Positions 12,801 to 23,718 of a stretch of 64,000 nt of DNA are shown piece by piece (positions within the stretch are counted from its first letter, which is position 1; the number at the start of each line of letters is the position of its first letter). Position numbers and translations under genes: made by a program. Origin of the DNA: Saccostrea cucullata. Taxonomy: Eukaryota. Where the stretch lies: the NCBI RefSeq assembly GCF_032062105.1, contig NW_026928331.1, forward strand, positions 62,001 through 126,000, in the 5' to 3' direction. The notes beneath the pieces were generated by a model. It saw only the letters and a list, made by a program, of their open reading frames with translations. It was not told the origin of the DNA and did no database searches.

Positions 12801-13033
12801 TTGTTAATAGTGTCGTGTATGTGTCTCTTTTCAAAATTGCAAAGGATGTGAATTTAATGTCGGCAAAAAATATAAAGTTATACACAACTTACCAAATATG
12901 GAAACGAAACAAAGGAAAACTAAAAGTCAAAAATATAAGAAACTATATGAATGTAAAAAGGATTCAAATTTGATTCTAAAAATTGAATACTAAAAATTGA
13001 TAAAGTTAATTACTCACATATTGGTGATGTCAT
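885..13033 (-). CDS. Secreted cysteine-rich protein with two tandem Ly6/uPAR (three-finger)-like domains, 232 aa, 9 coding exons
   Basis: Exons (minus): 13018-13033, 12893-12919, 12363-12451, 12133-12204, 11833-11944, 7549-7643, 6877-6945, 2554-2707, 885-949. All are GT-AG and phase-compatible, total 699 nt. Protein: MTSPIFFLCFVSIFGSLYA (signal peptide-like), KTCTHCIGATDISECTKRAVCGVNEDCYLDKYLGVDMITRYDAGCRSKQVCGGSHARRRRQLVICTDCCSDAPDIYGPCNSKLCGL, TPTRENYGCIVCQGVHSSVGACSSVALCPPNEVCFTGIRIVGTAIRYVFGCYDERACLAMVENEMAHSTIHGRRGRVIYGDIGTRICDACCKGDRCNAADCFDLRK, NMTVADYSHSLTATTSGPAFG*. The CxxC start and CC-x-CN end are typical of LU domains. Confidence 0.8.
1136..2244. mobile_element. Non-autonomous TIR DNA transposon with TTAA target site (Kolobok/piggyBac-like MITE)
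   Basis: TTAA|CGAGGCCCAATCTA at 1132-1149 and TAGATTGGGCCTCG|TTAA at 2231-2248. Both ends are shared with the element at 4177-5197. Confidence 0.75.
3134..3407 (-). mobile_element. tRNA-derived SINE
   Basis: On the minus strand the head reads GCGCGGCGAAATGGTTAGGGCATCTGC (A-box-like) and the tail is (CAAT)n-like. The body is shared with 38531-38828 and 44165-44385. Confidence 0.7.
3415..3960 (-). mobile_element. Degraded Penelope-like retroelement 3' fragment
   Basis: Minus-strand remnants of NFSIVNF and GVYI..LIRYAR, plus the conserved 3' motif (GCAGGGATGCTCACTCC...GGCACCTAATCTCACCTCTGATGTTTTGGAG) also found at 6655-6750. Confidence 0.7.
4080..5620 (+). repeat. Degenerate Cg170/HindIII-like satellite monomers (Helitron/Helentron-associated), interrupted by a TTAA MITE
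   Basis: Recurrent ACCAGAACCC...GGGG(C/T)CAT(G/A)AAAT...ACAATTTT...CAT(T)ACTATG...GAAGA(A/G)GATTTT...ATGCATTTT(C/T)ACTATA blocks at about 4085, 5285, 5420 and 5580. The family assignment is from recalled oyster repeats, not a search. Confidence 0.5.
4177..5197. mobile_element. Second copy of the TTAA-target MITE family, left TIR partly deleted
   Basis: TTAA-CGATCTAGTTTGAAATTACGAAAACGGAATG matches 1146-1173. The right end TGCGTTAAAACG...GCAGATCAAATAGATCGGTCCTCC|TTAA matches 2205-2248. It contains a mariner-like TIR remnant at about 4234-4260. Confidence 0.65.
5870..6830 (+). mobile_element. 5'-truncated Penelope-like retroelement (RT C-terminal half and 3' UTR, no C-terminal endonuclease)
   Basis: ORF 5982-6590 with upstream FQQSVGILMGNNCIPLLADLFLYSYE...YIDDVL...SYLDI...YDKCDDFNFSIVNFP...SNIP...SQLIRYARACS, which are PLE-type RT motifs. 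It sits in an intron of the Ly6-like gene. Confidence 0.85.
7131..7330. mobile_element. Short MITE with imperfect TIR (ATGCACAGATCTAGA / TCTGGATCCGCGCCTG) and internal poly-G/poly-C hairpin
   Basis: Inverted ends, an internal G-run/C-run stem, and CCCTG on both flanks as a candidate 5-bp TSD. Confidence 0.55.
7660..8073. mobile_element. Nested TA-target MITEs (CTGTAAA...TTT(A/C)CAG ends)
   Basis: Outer element TACTGTAAAATTACAGATTTTC...GAAATATGTGATTTCACAGTA. Inner element CTGTAAATGTATTA...TAATACGTTTACAG at 7740-7947 with inverted GGCGG/CCGCC subterminal motifs. The outer family recurs at 14774-14976. Confidence 0.55.
9290..10310 (+). mobile_element. Degraded Penelope-like retroelement, same family as 5870-6830
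   Basis: Frameshifted remnants FLIDNIYV, IPMGSNCAPL.ADLFL, IDDVFSIN, YDKHDFSIVNFPY, plus the same 3' UTR motif at 10155-10245. Confidence 0.8.
12463..12797 (+). mobile_element. Non-autonomous Helentron-type element (HINE/DINE-1-like)
   Basis: ACTAGAGG...GAGCAATGAGCTC hairpin at one end, (GACG/GACA)n microsatellite at 12707-12750, and TATACCCTCCC...GGGGGGTATAA hairpin at the other end. An inverted homolog is at 50335-50606. Confidence 0.7.
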
Positions 13034-13329
13034 ATCGTGAAAAATATCTGATATAAAAAAAAAAGAGGAAATACATGTAAATGGCACTTCATTCATCACG
13101 ATTTCTTCCTGATTTTGCAGATTTATAAAAAAAATTTATAAACTCATACGCTTGAGATTGATGATTTCAACATTTTTATTGTCAACTTTGCAAAATCATT
13201 TTAGGCAGTCTCTGACAGCAAATTTCAAATTTTCAGATGCTTATTTAAATGTCGACTTCTCAATGTTTATCTCTACTTGTTAAAATTTTATTTTAGCGCA
13301 AAAATAATTTCGACTGTGTCACATGAAAA

Positions 13330-13710
13330 TAATTCGGACTAGGCACTCAAGCAAGTTTATGCTAAATCGGACATCTACTTATCACCAAAACATCTGACAA
13401 GTAGGTATATTAAATACAAGTATAATTATCTAACAAGTCGACAAATTTGACTGACATGAAGAGATGATTTTCTGAAAATTCTGCATATTATTTTTCTGGA
13501 TATCAACATAATTATCTGACAAGCTGACACATTCATCTGGCAAGTCGTTGTCTGACCTGTCAAATGCTATGCTACCTGTCAGTTAATGATGTGGACTTGT
13601 AATAAGCTATCATAATGTGGACCTGTCAAATGATATGTCGACTTGTTACATGTAGATAATTAGAAAAGCTTGACTATGTCAGATAATTTTGTCGATTTGT
13701 CAAGCTTTAA
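13330..13710. repeat. Degenerate short-period repeat (ATCTGACAAGTCGACATAATT-like units, both orientations)
   Basis: Recurring (T/C)GACAAG/GTCGAC units to about 13550, then their reverse complements (GACTTGT/GACCTGTC). Confidence 0.5.
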
Positions 13711-14773
13711 AAGGCTTACCGCATTCAGATTAGCAAGCAACAAATATCTTCAGAAGTATGCAGTAAAAAATGAAAATTAAATAAGAAAGTTCAATCTTCG
13801 CAACAATTAAATGCAGCTTTCGTTTTACTCTTGCTCTTACTGTTCCTGGAGAGATATGTCTATATTCATTGTTGTAAATCACCAATTTTTGCTTTTTATT
13901 TCCGATTTATTTTCCCTTGGAGTGGAGCATGTTTCCTCGTTTGAAAACATGATAATAATGTTGTGGATATCTTCCATGAAAATTAAGGAAAACAGACTGA
14001 AAATGTCTTACTTGAACTATATTCCTTTTATCGGCTAACTAGTAGTGTTTGATTTATTTCGGCTGTCACATTAAATGCCTCGTGGAATATTATCTGAATG
14101 AAAATGTTATCTCAAACGTCCATCGAAGGACCGAAAGGTGTGTATCAAAACAATTTGGAGATCTACACTGTTTGTGGTTCCAACTTTCATCTCTATCATA
14201 ATTATGTCAAAATAAAATGACAACTCAGATCATATTTTGCGCACCTGTTTCATATTTTTCATTTTATAAAATATACTAAAATTACACTGTAATGGCATAC
14301 CAAAAAGTAACTGATAATTTTAACTTTTTTTCATGTAAAATTGACTTGTTTATGTAACAATATTTCGATCCCATAAACCATGGGGTCGGAGGTCCCATAC
14401 ATTAAAAATGGTTTACTACAAATCACATTTACCATTGATAAAATATTGATTTTCAAAGGTTATTCACACTTTCTGACAAAATTTTTAGTGACTACATGTA
14501 TTACATGTTTTTCAAATGTGTTAACGAGAGAAACAGCTTAAAATATTATTGTAAGAAATAAGAACTTAGGTTCTGCTGTCTCTTGATGGAGTGATACATC
14601 TTTAAAAAATTGCTCAAAGGTTGTAGTAGTTTCCGCCGGTAATAAATCATTGGTTAAACAGTGTGCATGTATTTATTATTATCCTTAAATCCACCAAAAA
14701 CTATATGAACGTGATTTTACATGTGTAAAGTGAAAAAAATGACCATAAGGTTAATCTTTTAAGAAAAATTACA

Positions 14774-14976
14774 TACTGTAAAATCACACATTTTCGTGGA
14801 GTCAAATTTTCGTGGTTTGAGGAAAAACTCTTGGTTCGTGGGGATTTGATTTCGTGGATGTAGAATTGTTGAGTAGTTTATATGTCACATTTTACATTTC
14901 GTGGTGGACATGAATTCGTGAGTCTCTTCACACCTCGAAAACAACAAAAATTAAACCCCCATGAAAATTTGTGATT
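14774..14976. mobile_element. TA-target MITE remnant
   Basis: TACTGTAAAATCACACATTTTCGTGG...CCCATGAAAATTTGTGATT inverted ends with multiple TTCGTGG motifs. Related to 7660-8073. Confidence 0.5.
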
Positions 14977-15558
14977 AAGTTCTAAACAAAAATATAAATA
15001 TGAACATTTTTAACAGTTTAATATGTAAGTTTTTAAATAAATACAGAATTAAAAAAAGGTAAAGGCATAAAAATATTGATTACATAACATAACATCCATC
15101 ATATAAACAATCATAGCTATGTTGGAAAAATCAGCAATGTATACATTAAATACTTGGTTAGCCAATATATGTAGTAAATCTGGAACAATTTTTACGACAT
15201 TTAATTTGAATTTCCAAAGAAACCGAGTCCCTTCACATCTGTGAAATTGGCTTCAATTCAATTTCAACAATTATTGCTTATAAAAAAAACTGTAACTGGT
15301 ATACATGTAGATTTCAATCTCTGAAAAGCTAACATAACGGAATAAAATATAACGCATTTGAAATTAAAGTATCTTGATGAAAACTGAAATCTCAAATACA
15401 ATGGATATGTTGAAATGATTTGAAATTCTCAAAAGCTTAATCTTTAAATAATTTTTCCTGGATATCTCAAATCCTCAGATATCTGTAAGTATTTTCTTCT
15501 CAGTTCCATCCAGTTTTACAAATAAAGGTTCAACTGTATAATAGTTTGAACCCTTTCT

Positions 15559-18500
15559 TCAAGTGTTCTGCCATGCATGCAAGGACCCGTCCGTCGCAGC
15601 TGATAAAATTACATCCTCTATTGGGTGACTTAGATGAGTTACAACCTTAACAACCAAAGGGTCATCACTACAATTTCTAACATGTCCTTCATGAACAAAT
15701 ATTGGGGATGATGATTCTTTTGAATACAGGTAAACATTTCCATCAAACCCTGTAAATATTGGAATTGTATGTCTTTATTTGTAACACTTTGAAAAAAAAA
15801 TGAATTATTTGGAGAGACTTTTGAAAAGTGTATATATATTCCAAAGAAAGTTAAATTTTAGAAGATAAAGCAAAACAAACTCTTTTCTTTAAAAGGGACT
15901 TTTCCTAAGAATAATTATACATTGTATTTGTTTATCTAGTTGAACTCTCACAAAGGATTTCTGATACAGATATTCTGTATGTTCACATTTTTGATGGACT
16001 GAAGAAAAAGTTTATGATATCTGATGGTTTTGGGTATAGAAGTTGAATAATATATAAAGGAGAACTAAAAGTTTGAAAAATCTGATGGTTTGGGCATAGA
16101 TGTTGAATAATAATAAATATAAATGACTCTCTAAAACTTTGAGGTATCCTTTGATTGCAGATATACAGTAAAATACATTCAGTGAATTTACTCTTACAGT
16201 GAAGTATTTTCACTCCGCTAATGATTTTACCAAATTATGTTTATAATGAAGATTTATCTATCCTGGAACCTTATTATAAACGTGTATTACTTCAAATCTG
16301 CATGAGCTTTGAAGGACTGATTAAAACGTTCAGACATCAATTGGTTCAATTAGTTAAAAATTTTCAGTTTGTATTATAGATATCATTCATTCAATAAATA
16401 TTTACTGCCAAATTAAAATCTGCTTATGAACTTTGAAGGTAGCCCAATTGCAAATTTAAATAAGATTTTTTGATAAAATAAAAGTTGTAAATGCAAGTTG
16501 AATATTTCCACTATTTACATGTTTTATAGACATCATTCATTTTCTTCCAGTTTAGTACTTAAACATCACTGCGGTAGCCATTTTTTAATGAGACTTGACG
16601 TTTTAAAATCAAAGATCTATAATGCCTACAATGCCCACACATGGATTATCCATATATAAATCAAACCTTTTGATCAGATAAGAAAGTTTGGGAAATATAT
16701 CTATATACAAAGGATTTTTAACATTATTTTATAGAAAATTCCAGTTTTAACAAAATTGCTTCCCTTATCTACTTTATAACCAATAAAATGATTATAAAAA
16801 AGAGCCTCCCAACCGCATTTTTGTTGGAGAAAATTTATCTGAGAACCAGAGAAGTGAATTTATGCATTGTAGCCTTACCTGAAACTGAGTACTGCATAAG
16901 GTGATCATTCTCCTTCTGAGAAGAGATAAATTCACAAATATACATGTTATTAAAAATTGTCAGTTTTCTACGCACTCAAAAGTCTTATTTACAATTTGCT
17001 TTAAAATAGAACTGGAGCTGCATTAATATGAACATATAATACATAAGATATATCATATGTTATATAAAATAAAAATGAAGTTCCATATAATACATAACTC
17101 GATATATCATATGTTATATAAAATAAAAATTTTATTCAGGGCGCATACATCTGGTTATATTATTTGAACTATGAAAAAACAGTTTTTACAACTCAGTGTG
17201 CCTTATTTTTGTAATGATTTATACATGAATTTCTTAGATTTGAAATACAAATTATTGCACCGAAAGTCATTGATAAATCTAAATTTGACTAACAGTTGTT
17301 TCCCCAAAAAAGTATGAAGGAACTTGCAATTAACTTACCTTTAAACAAATTCTGAGGTTCTCTACATCTATAGATGTTAAGCCAATATTACTGGAGCTTA
17401 TCTTCTGGTCAGGTTTCCTGACATCAAGGAAATGAACACGACCCATACATGATAACTGAACTACATCATTCCCTTTAAGATCTAGAGTCCAGTTAGAAGA
17501 CTGTTCAGAACTAGTGTCAAGAACAACTGGTAATTTCTCCCTCCTGTCCCATTTAAGTAATTTTCCATTTATAAGACAACAAAACACAGTATGTGAGTCC
17601 GATTTTCTGATGCTTGTAATTTTGCCAGCATTTGAAAATTCTGGAGAAAAAATTAAATAAAAAAATTCTATTTTCAAAATGTAAAGGTGCCAAAAAGTAA
17701 CCTGCTCTGTGAGCCATATTTAGCTGTATACTATTATAAGATCATCAGAAACAACCACATCTCTGCAGATTTATTGGAAAATATGTATATTTTTTAACAT
17801 GCAGAGTTTACTGATTTCATGCAAATAGTGCAAAAAATTAGACCAGGATTAGAACTAAGAGACACCCCATGCAGATGTACTTTGTCATGACTGGACTCCT
17901 ACTAGACTAGTATAATAAGGACTAAGTACAGCAAGAAAGAATAAAATTATGAAGAAAAAAAATTATTTTTTCAATGGAGTGAAATAAAAGTTATACATAC
18001 CACTAGTGCCTTGTACAATAGAATGGGCTATGATGTCTGTGCAACAAAGGTTATCTCCATGAGAACCAAAAGTCACATGATCCTGATTTTGTACTGCTAT
18101 TAATGACCATGATCTGTAATTAATCATTAGCTGACCAATTAATTTATAGCTGCATGAAGTCATAGATATTCATACTTATATGAATGCAAGTTTTTGTCAT
18201 TTTTATTTTTCGTAAGAACTTCATTTTGAGTAATTATCAAGAGTCTGCCTGCTTGTAAAAACATTTTCTCACATATCTCTGTTTCATTAATGATTATATA
18301 CAAAAATGACCACAGCTTGAATGTGAAAAATTTTGTCTTGCTCATAAATGCGATATAGCTACCTCGCAAAATTTAAGTGTTGCAAATTCTAGTGATCTAC
18401 AGTATATTAAAAATCCATGCATCTTTGAGATGACATGGCAAAGGTAGGTGTATTAGATTAAGGCATATAATGAATTTGAAATCAGAAATCTAATAAATTT

Positions 18501-21215
18501 ACAGTTTAATAATACTCACCCTCTTGGTTTTATGTTCTTCAACTTTCTGTCTACTTTAATCAGATCTGAAATATCAGCAATATCAATATAAATGTACCTT
18601 CCAATGTAATTTCCAAAAAAATAATCATTTTTTTCAGTTTTTTACTGAAACATGAGGAACAATATTAATAATTGTAAGACATTAATAAATACCAGCAATC
18701 ATTAGAAAAAAAATAACAGTGATATATAAATTTTTTATTGCTTTATAAATGATAAACATTATGAATAAAGGACTATAGTGTGAAAATATGCAATAGACGG
18801 GTGAACTTTAAATAATTCATAGTCTAAACTTTTTCAAGCAAACATTATCTCAAAAGCTATGTACAGATGAATCTCATTACACAAGATTTGTATTTCATAC
18901 ATTATTGCAGTACAAATTAATTTTATCAAAAAAAATTTACCCCAGTAATACATACCTGTATCATGAGATCCTAAATTCCATATAACCAGCTGACCTTCGG
19001 CATTGACAGCACTTGTGCAAATTAATCTGTCAGTACAAATTACAGTTTGATATTATCAGAAGGAATCAAAAAATCTAAACCTTATTCAAAAGTACCGGGT
19101 ATTAAAGTGCAGTATTATTCATTTTTGATCATTTATGAAACATGAATACATAGATCCTCTTTCCATCCAAAAAAACCTATTTTTTCAGAACAATGTTAGA
19201 TATTGTAAAAGTTGTAAGGGTGTACTTGAATGCTAACCTTGTTCCCAGGATGTGCTTGATATCCCTGATCTCTGTGGAACTGAACCCACCCGTAAGAACC
19301 TGGAAATCTCTGTTCTTTGACAATGCCTATAACATTCATCATGAAAATAAAATCTTATCAGCTCACAGCTCTTGTATTAACATGATTAAGGTTCATAAAT
19401 CCTCTGCTCACTCATATAAAATGTTACTTGAACCTTAATGATTTTCCAAAAGAAATGTATTTTATAAGTAAAATACCGACAAGTGTAGCAAAGCTTGCGG
19501 TGCAAATTTGGACAAAAAAGACACTTCATCTTGGCAAATCTATAAAGGAATAATAGACATCTATGTCATTATATAAATGGTGCCTGTTTTGGAGGGTAAC
19601 AGTTGAAACTGACACCCCAAGGAAAACCATTGTCAACCGACGCGTCAGCGGAGGTTGACAATGGTTTTCCGAGGGGTGTCAATTTCAACTGTTACCCTCC
19701 AAAACAGGCACCATTCATTTTATTATACTGAATGTATTGTTGATTTAGGATGTCAGCAAAAAAATCATCGATCGTCTTTACGTTCACGTTTAGAAAACTT
19801 TGAAACTCCCTGCTACTTCGAAAAAGATTTACTGACCTCTTTATTGTTTGTTTGATACCCTAAAAGTCCTTTATCATCTAAAGTTTCGTTATTTCTGCAC
19901 TTGCAAGCATGTTTCGTCTGTCGTTTGTTGTTTTCAAGTAAGCTACATCGGACGCAAGCTTTTATTGACATTAGGTTTATTCCGGTTCTTTCAAACGCGC
20001 AACTGACGCTTTTAGAATTCTACGGTGAACCGCATGTGGCATTACCGTTGTGTTACCCGTTGTCACGTGTGTTGCTATGGCTGAGGGTAATAGAACGGAT
20101 TGTTAACTGCGTCTAAACCAATCAGATTTTAGTATTTAACATGAAAGTATAATAATAAGAGTTATCTCTCTTATCAGAGTATCAATGACCCTTAAGAAAT
20201 CCAAAGGTTTGAATTAACTTGCTTTTGCATTATTTGTATTTTTTTAACTTCATAATCATTTTTCTTGGGGAAGGGGAGGTCGAGTTGCTTTGTAAGCTTT
20301 GAAAGTAATGATTAACTCGTACTTTATAGTATATATATTTTTATTTTTTTAAATTATCATATGAGTACACATCAACTGCATACTTCAATACTTTAAAATA
20401 TTGCTTTCTTTGGTTCTAAAAATTGTCAGATATTTTAAATTTAATTTAAACTTGATAAAAAAAAATCTTACCATATCTTCAGCTGAACATAGTTTATCTG
20501 GAAGGCTAAGTTCAGTTACTTCATGTTTATACATCCCTCTTGTTGCAACACAGCTACCTATTAGTTAAACATGTACATAAAACAGCCTGGAAATTTTCAT
20601 ATCATTATGGAAATTACGTTTTGTACATGAACTAAAATAGAGAAAATGTGATGAAGCAGATCAGTTCTCAAGAATCCTTGACAAACAATTCTACATCAAT
20701 CTGCCAGTCTTTCACAGATTGAATTTAATTAAAAAAAATTACTCTACTAATTATGATAATGATAAATGTTTAAATGTACACAGGGGCTCGTTATGATTTA
20801 TTTGTCTCTTTTAATTTGACCACTCCTTTAATTTAGGGGTGGGCAATAAAATCGAGAGGTTGACAAATAAATCGCGACAAGCCTCTGTGATCTGTGTACA
20901 AACCGTTTGTGTCAATCCATTCTAATGCTGTCACTGGATATTGTAGATCGTACATGTGCAGATGTTTGTATCTACAAAAAGGAATTTAAGAATCAAATTA
21001 TTAGAAAGCTATATACAAACAGCATTTACTTATTTAAATAAATAATAACAATATTAAAGTAAGCAGGTAAGTACTCATGTCAGCTGTTGCTGCTGAAAGT
21101 AAGGTGCCGTTGAAAACAGTAGAGTCGCTTTGTTTCACACAAAGTTACAAAAAGTATTTTACCTTGTAACCGAATCAAATAGCCAATCGTCATCCTCAGT
21201 ACCAGTATCTGTCAT
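15559..21215 (-). CDS. WDR73: WD repeat-containing protein 73 homolog, 351 aa, 10 exons
   Basis: Exons: 21163-21215, 20904-20971, 20472-20557, 19238-19326, 18956-19026, 18520-18565, 18001-18113, 17339-17640, 16879-16915, 15559-15749. Total 1056 nt, open frame. The N-terminus MTDTGTEDDDWLFDSVTRYKHLHMYDLQYPVTALEWID...HEVTELSLPDKL...RDFQVLTGGFS...DIKHILGTRLICTS follows the WDR73 pattern (DDWL.ESL.LY...DL......LEWID...RDF.V..GGFS). C-terminus is GFDGNVYLY...FVHEGH...VVTHLSHP...ILSAATDGSLHAW. Confidence 0.9.
19571..20155. mobile_element. Foldback-headed interspersed element (about 140-bp palindrome plus body) in WDR73 intron 3
   Basis: Arms AATGGTGCCTGTTTTGGAGGGTAACAGTTGAAACTGACACCCC..GGAAAACCATTGTCAACC and GGTTGACAATGGTTTTCC..GGGGTGTCAATTTCAACTGTTACCCTCCAAAACAGGCACCATT span 19576-19715. 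A GC-richer body follows and ends in AGTATAATAA, inverted to TTATTATACT at about 19720. Confidence 0.6.
20779..20889. repeat. Imperfect palindrome / tiny foldback MITE in WDR73 intron 2
   Basis: CACAGGGGCTCGTTATGATTTATTTGTC...GACAAATAAATCGCGACAAGCCTCTGTG. Confidence 0.55.
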
Positions 21216-21506
21216 TTTTCAGCACAAGTATAACAACACGTGTGTGTGGTGCTCTTACTTTCACTTTCGTATAATAAACGAACCCGATCGAAATGAAAAA
21301 TGGTATTCAATATACAAAGAGCCCGCCATACAATATTTAAAGGCATTCTATTGCGTTATGAAAGGGAAAATACAGTACGTATTTCTACACGTCAGTCATC
21401 CTGAAACAAGACAAGAAATTTTGTCATTTACTGAACCTTATACCCTGTTAAACAAATACCAGCCTGATAACAAATACTGACGTACACCCAGTTCTTGGCC
21501 ATACAG
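21216..21506. promoter_or_regulatory. Probable bidirectional promoter / first exons shared by WDR73 (-) and the AADAC-like gene (+)
   Basis: The WDR73 ATG is at 21215 on the minus strand. A strong plus-strand donor (CAG|GTAAGA at 21506/21507) lies under 300 bp away, and an acceptor precedes the AADAC-like ATG near 23670, suggesting a non-coding first exon here. Confidence 0.45.
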
Positions 21507-22005
21507 GTAAGAAATTTATATATACATATGTCTGTATTCAAGCATGCAGTATTTCGTTATTAGTGAACTACTTTTCAGTTATATTCCATAACTGCACCGC
21601 CGAGCATTATTGGTGTACATACTGCAGGCCCTACATGGTTATGATATTTGACATTTCTCAGATTATCCAGCCGCTTGTATGGCGGCCTATACGTTTTGAA
21701 ATTCTCGGTCAGAATTTTTTTCTTCATATTCTGCATTATAGGCCCTTGGATCGCTTACAAAAAATAATGGTGGTGTTAAAAAAAAGTGTGGAAATCTTTA
21801 CATAGGCCGGGTGCCCACTTTGGCCAATAAAATTCTTTTAGATCAATTGCTTTAATTCTACAATTTTACTTTCTATCCATATCAATATATATTTTATAAA
21901 CAATCTTCATTCGCCTGCTAACAAAATTCATTCCGAAATTCCGTATACTTCCCGATATATTCTGAAACAAAGTCCAAACTTGGCCTTAGTTTTTTGTTTT
22001 TTTTT

Positions 22006-22056
<51 letters not shown>

Positions 22057-22148
22057 ACATCAGCTTGGGCTGATTGTTGAATTGTTCATTGCAGTTTTCT
22101 AATTATTTTTTCGCGAAAGGAATTATTACAGACTTAACCTTACGATCT

Positions 22149-22633
22149 TCTATTTATATATAAGTAGAAGGACAAAAATAAGAATTTATAACAGTTGCGT
22201 ACTATCTGTCCTACTCTATGGGTCACAATGCTGGAGAATGACAGAAGGAGACATATGCAAACTCTCTAGTTTCCACAATGGATGCCTCAGAAAGATCATG
22301 AGGATTTTCTGGCCAAACAAAATTACAAATTTGGAACTACATGAGAAGGCCAGCACAGACAACATGCGAACTTTGTTGACTAAACGGAGATGGCGATGGA
22401 TAGGGCATGTGTTGACAACATCACCCAAGTAGCCCTTAGATGGACACCGGAAAGGAAGAAGAAACCTGGTCGGCCAAAGACCACCTGGCGAAGGACAGTT
22501 GAAAAAGAAATGAGGGACCACAAGCTAACATGGGGAGAGCTAGAAAGAAATGCTTAAGATAGAGAGAAGTGGAGAAATCTAGTCCTTGCCCTATGTGCCC
22601 ACGGACATAACAAGGACTAGGTAGGTAGGTAGG
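22149..22633 (+). mobile_element. 5'-truncated RTE-clade LINE with 14-bp target-site duplication
   Basis: Encodes LLYGSQCWRMT...KLSSFHNGCLRKIMRIFWPNKITNLEL...RRWRWIGHVL...ALRWTP..GRPKTTWRRT. It has a (GTAG)n tail, and TAACCTTACGATCT is duplicated at 22135-22148 and 22634-22647. Confidence 0.85.
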
Positions 22634-22906
22634 TAACCTTACGATCTGGAGTAAGAAATCAACTGTTGAAAGATTGTGCAAATACATGTACTATGCATCT
22701 CTTCACTGCATTTCAAACAATGGCTGTGAATGATCAGGGGCCCAAACTATAATTTCGATTTTAAAAAAGTAGGTCAGTTTTGTAATTGATTTCAGAATAT
22801 CTCAGGAAGTACAGTATCTGGAATTTCGCAATGAATTTTGATAGTAGTGAAGATTGTTTATGTATATGTAAGGAGTTCTATACTTTTATCTTTTTTATAC
22901 ATCTCA

Positions 22907-23420
22907 TTTTTTTTTTTTTTTTTTTTTTTTTTGGTTTGAACATATTATATTTTATTGAAGAATCAAATGGATTAGAAACAAGTTCTTACAACTTCTTACA
23001 ACTTACTGGTTCCTCTCCATAAACAATAACATAGCAATATGTCATGCAAATAATACATTGAAATGTAATATTTATAATATTTTCAAGTGATATAAGTTAA
23101 TAACAATTCAATTTAAAATTTATACGTTTCAGTAATAAACAATGGACAGCAGCAAAAATATTATTTTTAGTTGAATACTTGAAACAGGCAAACCTCTATC
23201 ACCCCATAATAACAGATTAGTGTCCAGCCAATTCTTCAGTCATGAACAGGTGGTTAAAAAGATTGTTTCTAGCATTTGCATACTTTCTACAAGCAAAAAA
23301 ATAATGATAAACATCTTCATACTTTCCACATGAACAATAAGAGGACTTTTGATTATATTGCGTTTATAAAGATCATAATTAGGTAATCAGTTGTGTCTTA
23401 GTTTAGTATAAAGTATACGG
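22907..23420 (-). mobile_element. CR1/L2-group LINE 3' fragment with poly(A) tail
   Basis: Minus-strand remnants YTKLRHN...YDLYKRNIIKSP...CSCGKYEDVYHYFFACRKYANARNNLF (Cys/His motif at the end of ORF2), with poly-T at 22907-22932 on the plus strand. Confidence 0.65.
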
Positions 23421-23718
23421 ATTTCAGCGATCTAAAGGTCTGTGTTCTGCATCAATGATAAGTGACATGCGTATAATCAAACAATTATATAGTTCCGAAA
23501 TTTCTCACGTTTTCCACGCCTTTTTATGATTTTAATGGATATATTTTTAGTGCTTATCACATAAATTTCAAAATTCTAAAAACGTCAGACATTTCGGACC
23601 ATAATAATTATCGTGCACATTTCATTATATTATAAAAAAGTATTATTTATGATATTTTTTTATATAGACAGATACAGTACATTAAAGACCACCGGGAGAA
23701 TTCTTCGTACAATTCAAT

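Noticed and set aside
21130-21480. 116-aa plus-strand ORF
   Set aside because: It starts at a non-ATG codon, overlaps WDR73 exon 1 antisense and the promoter region, and has no recognisable motifs.
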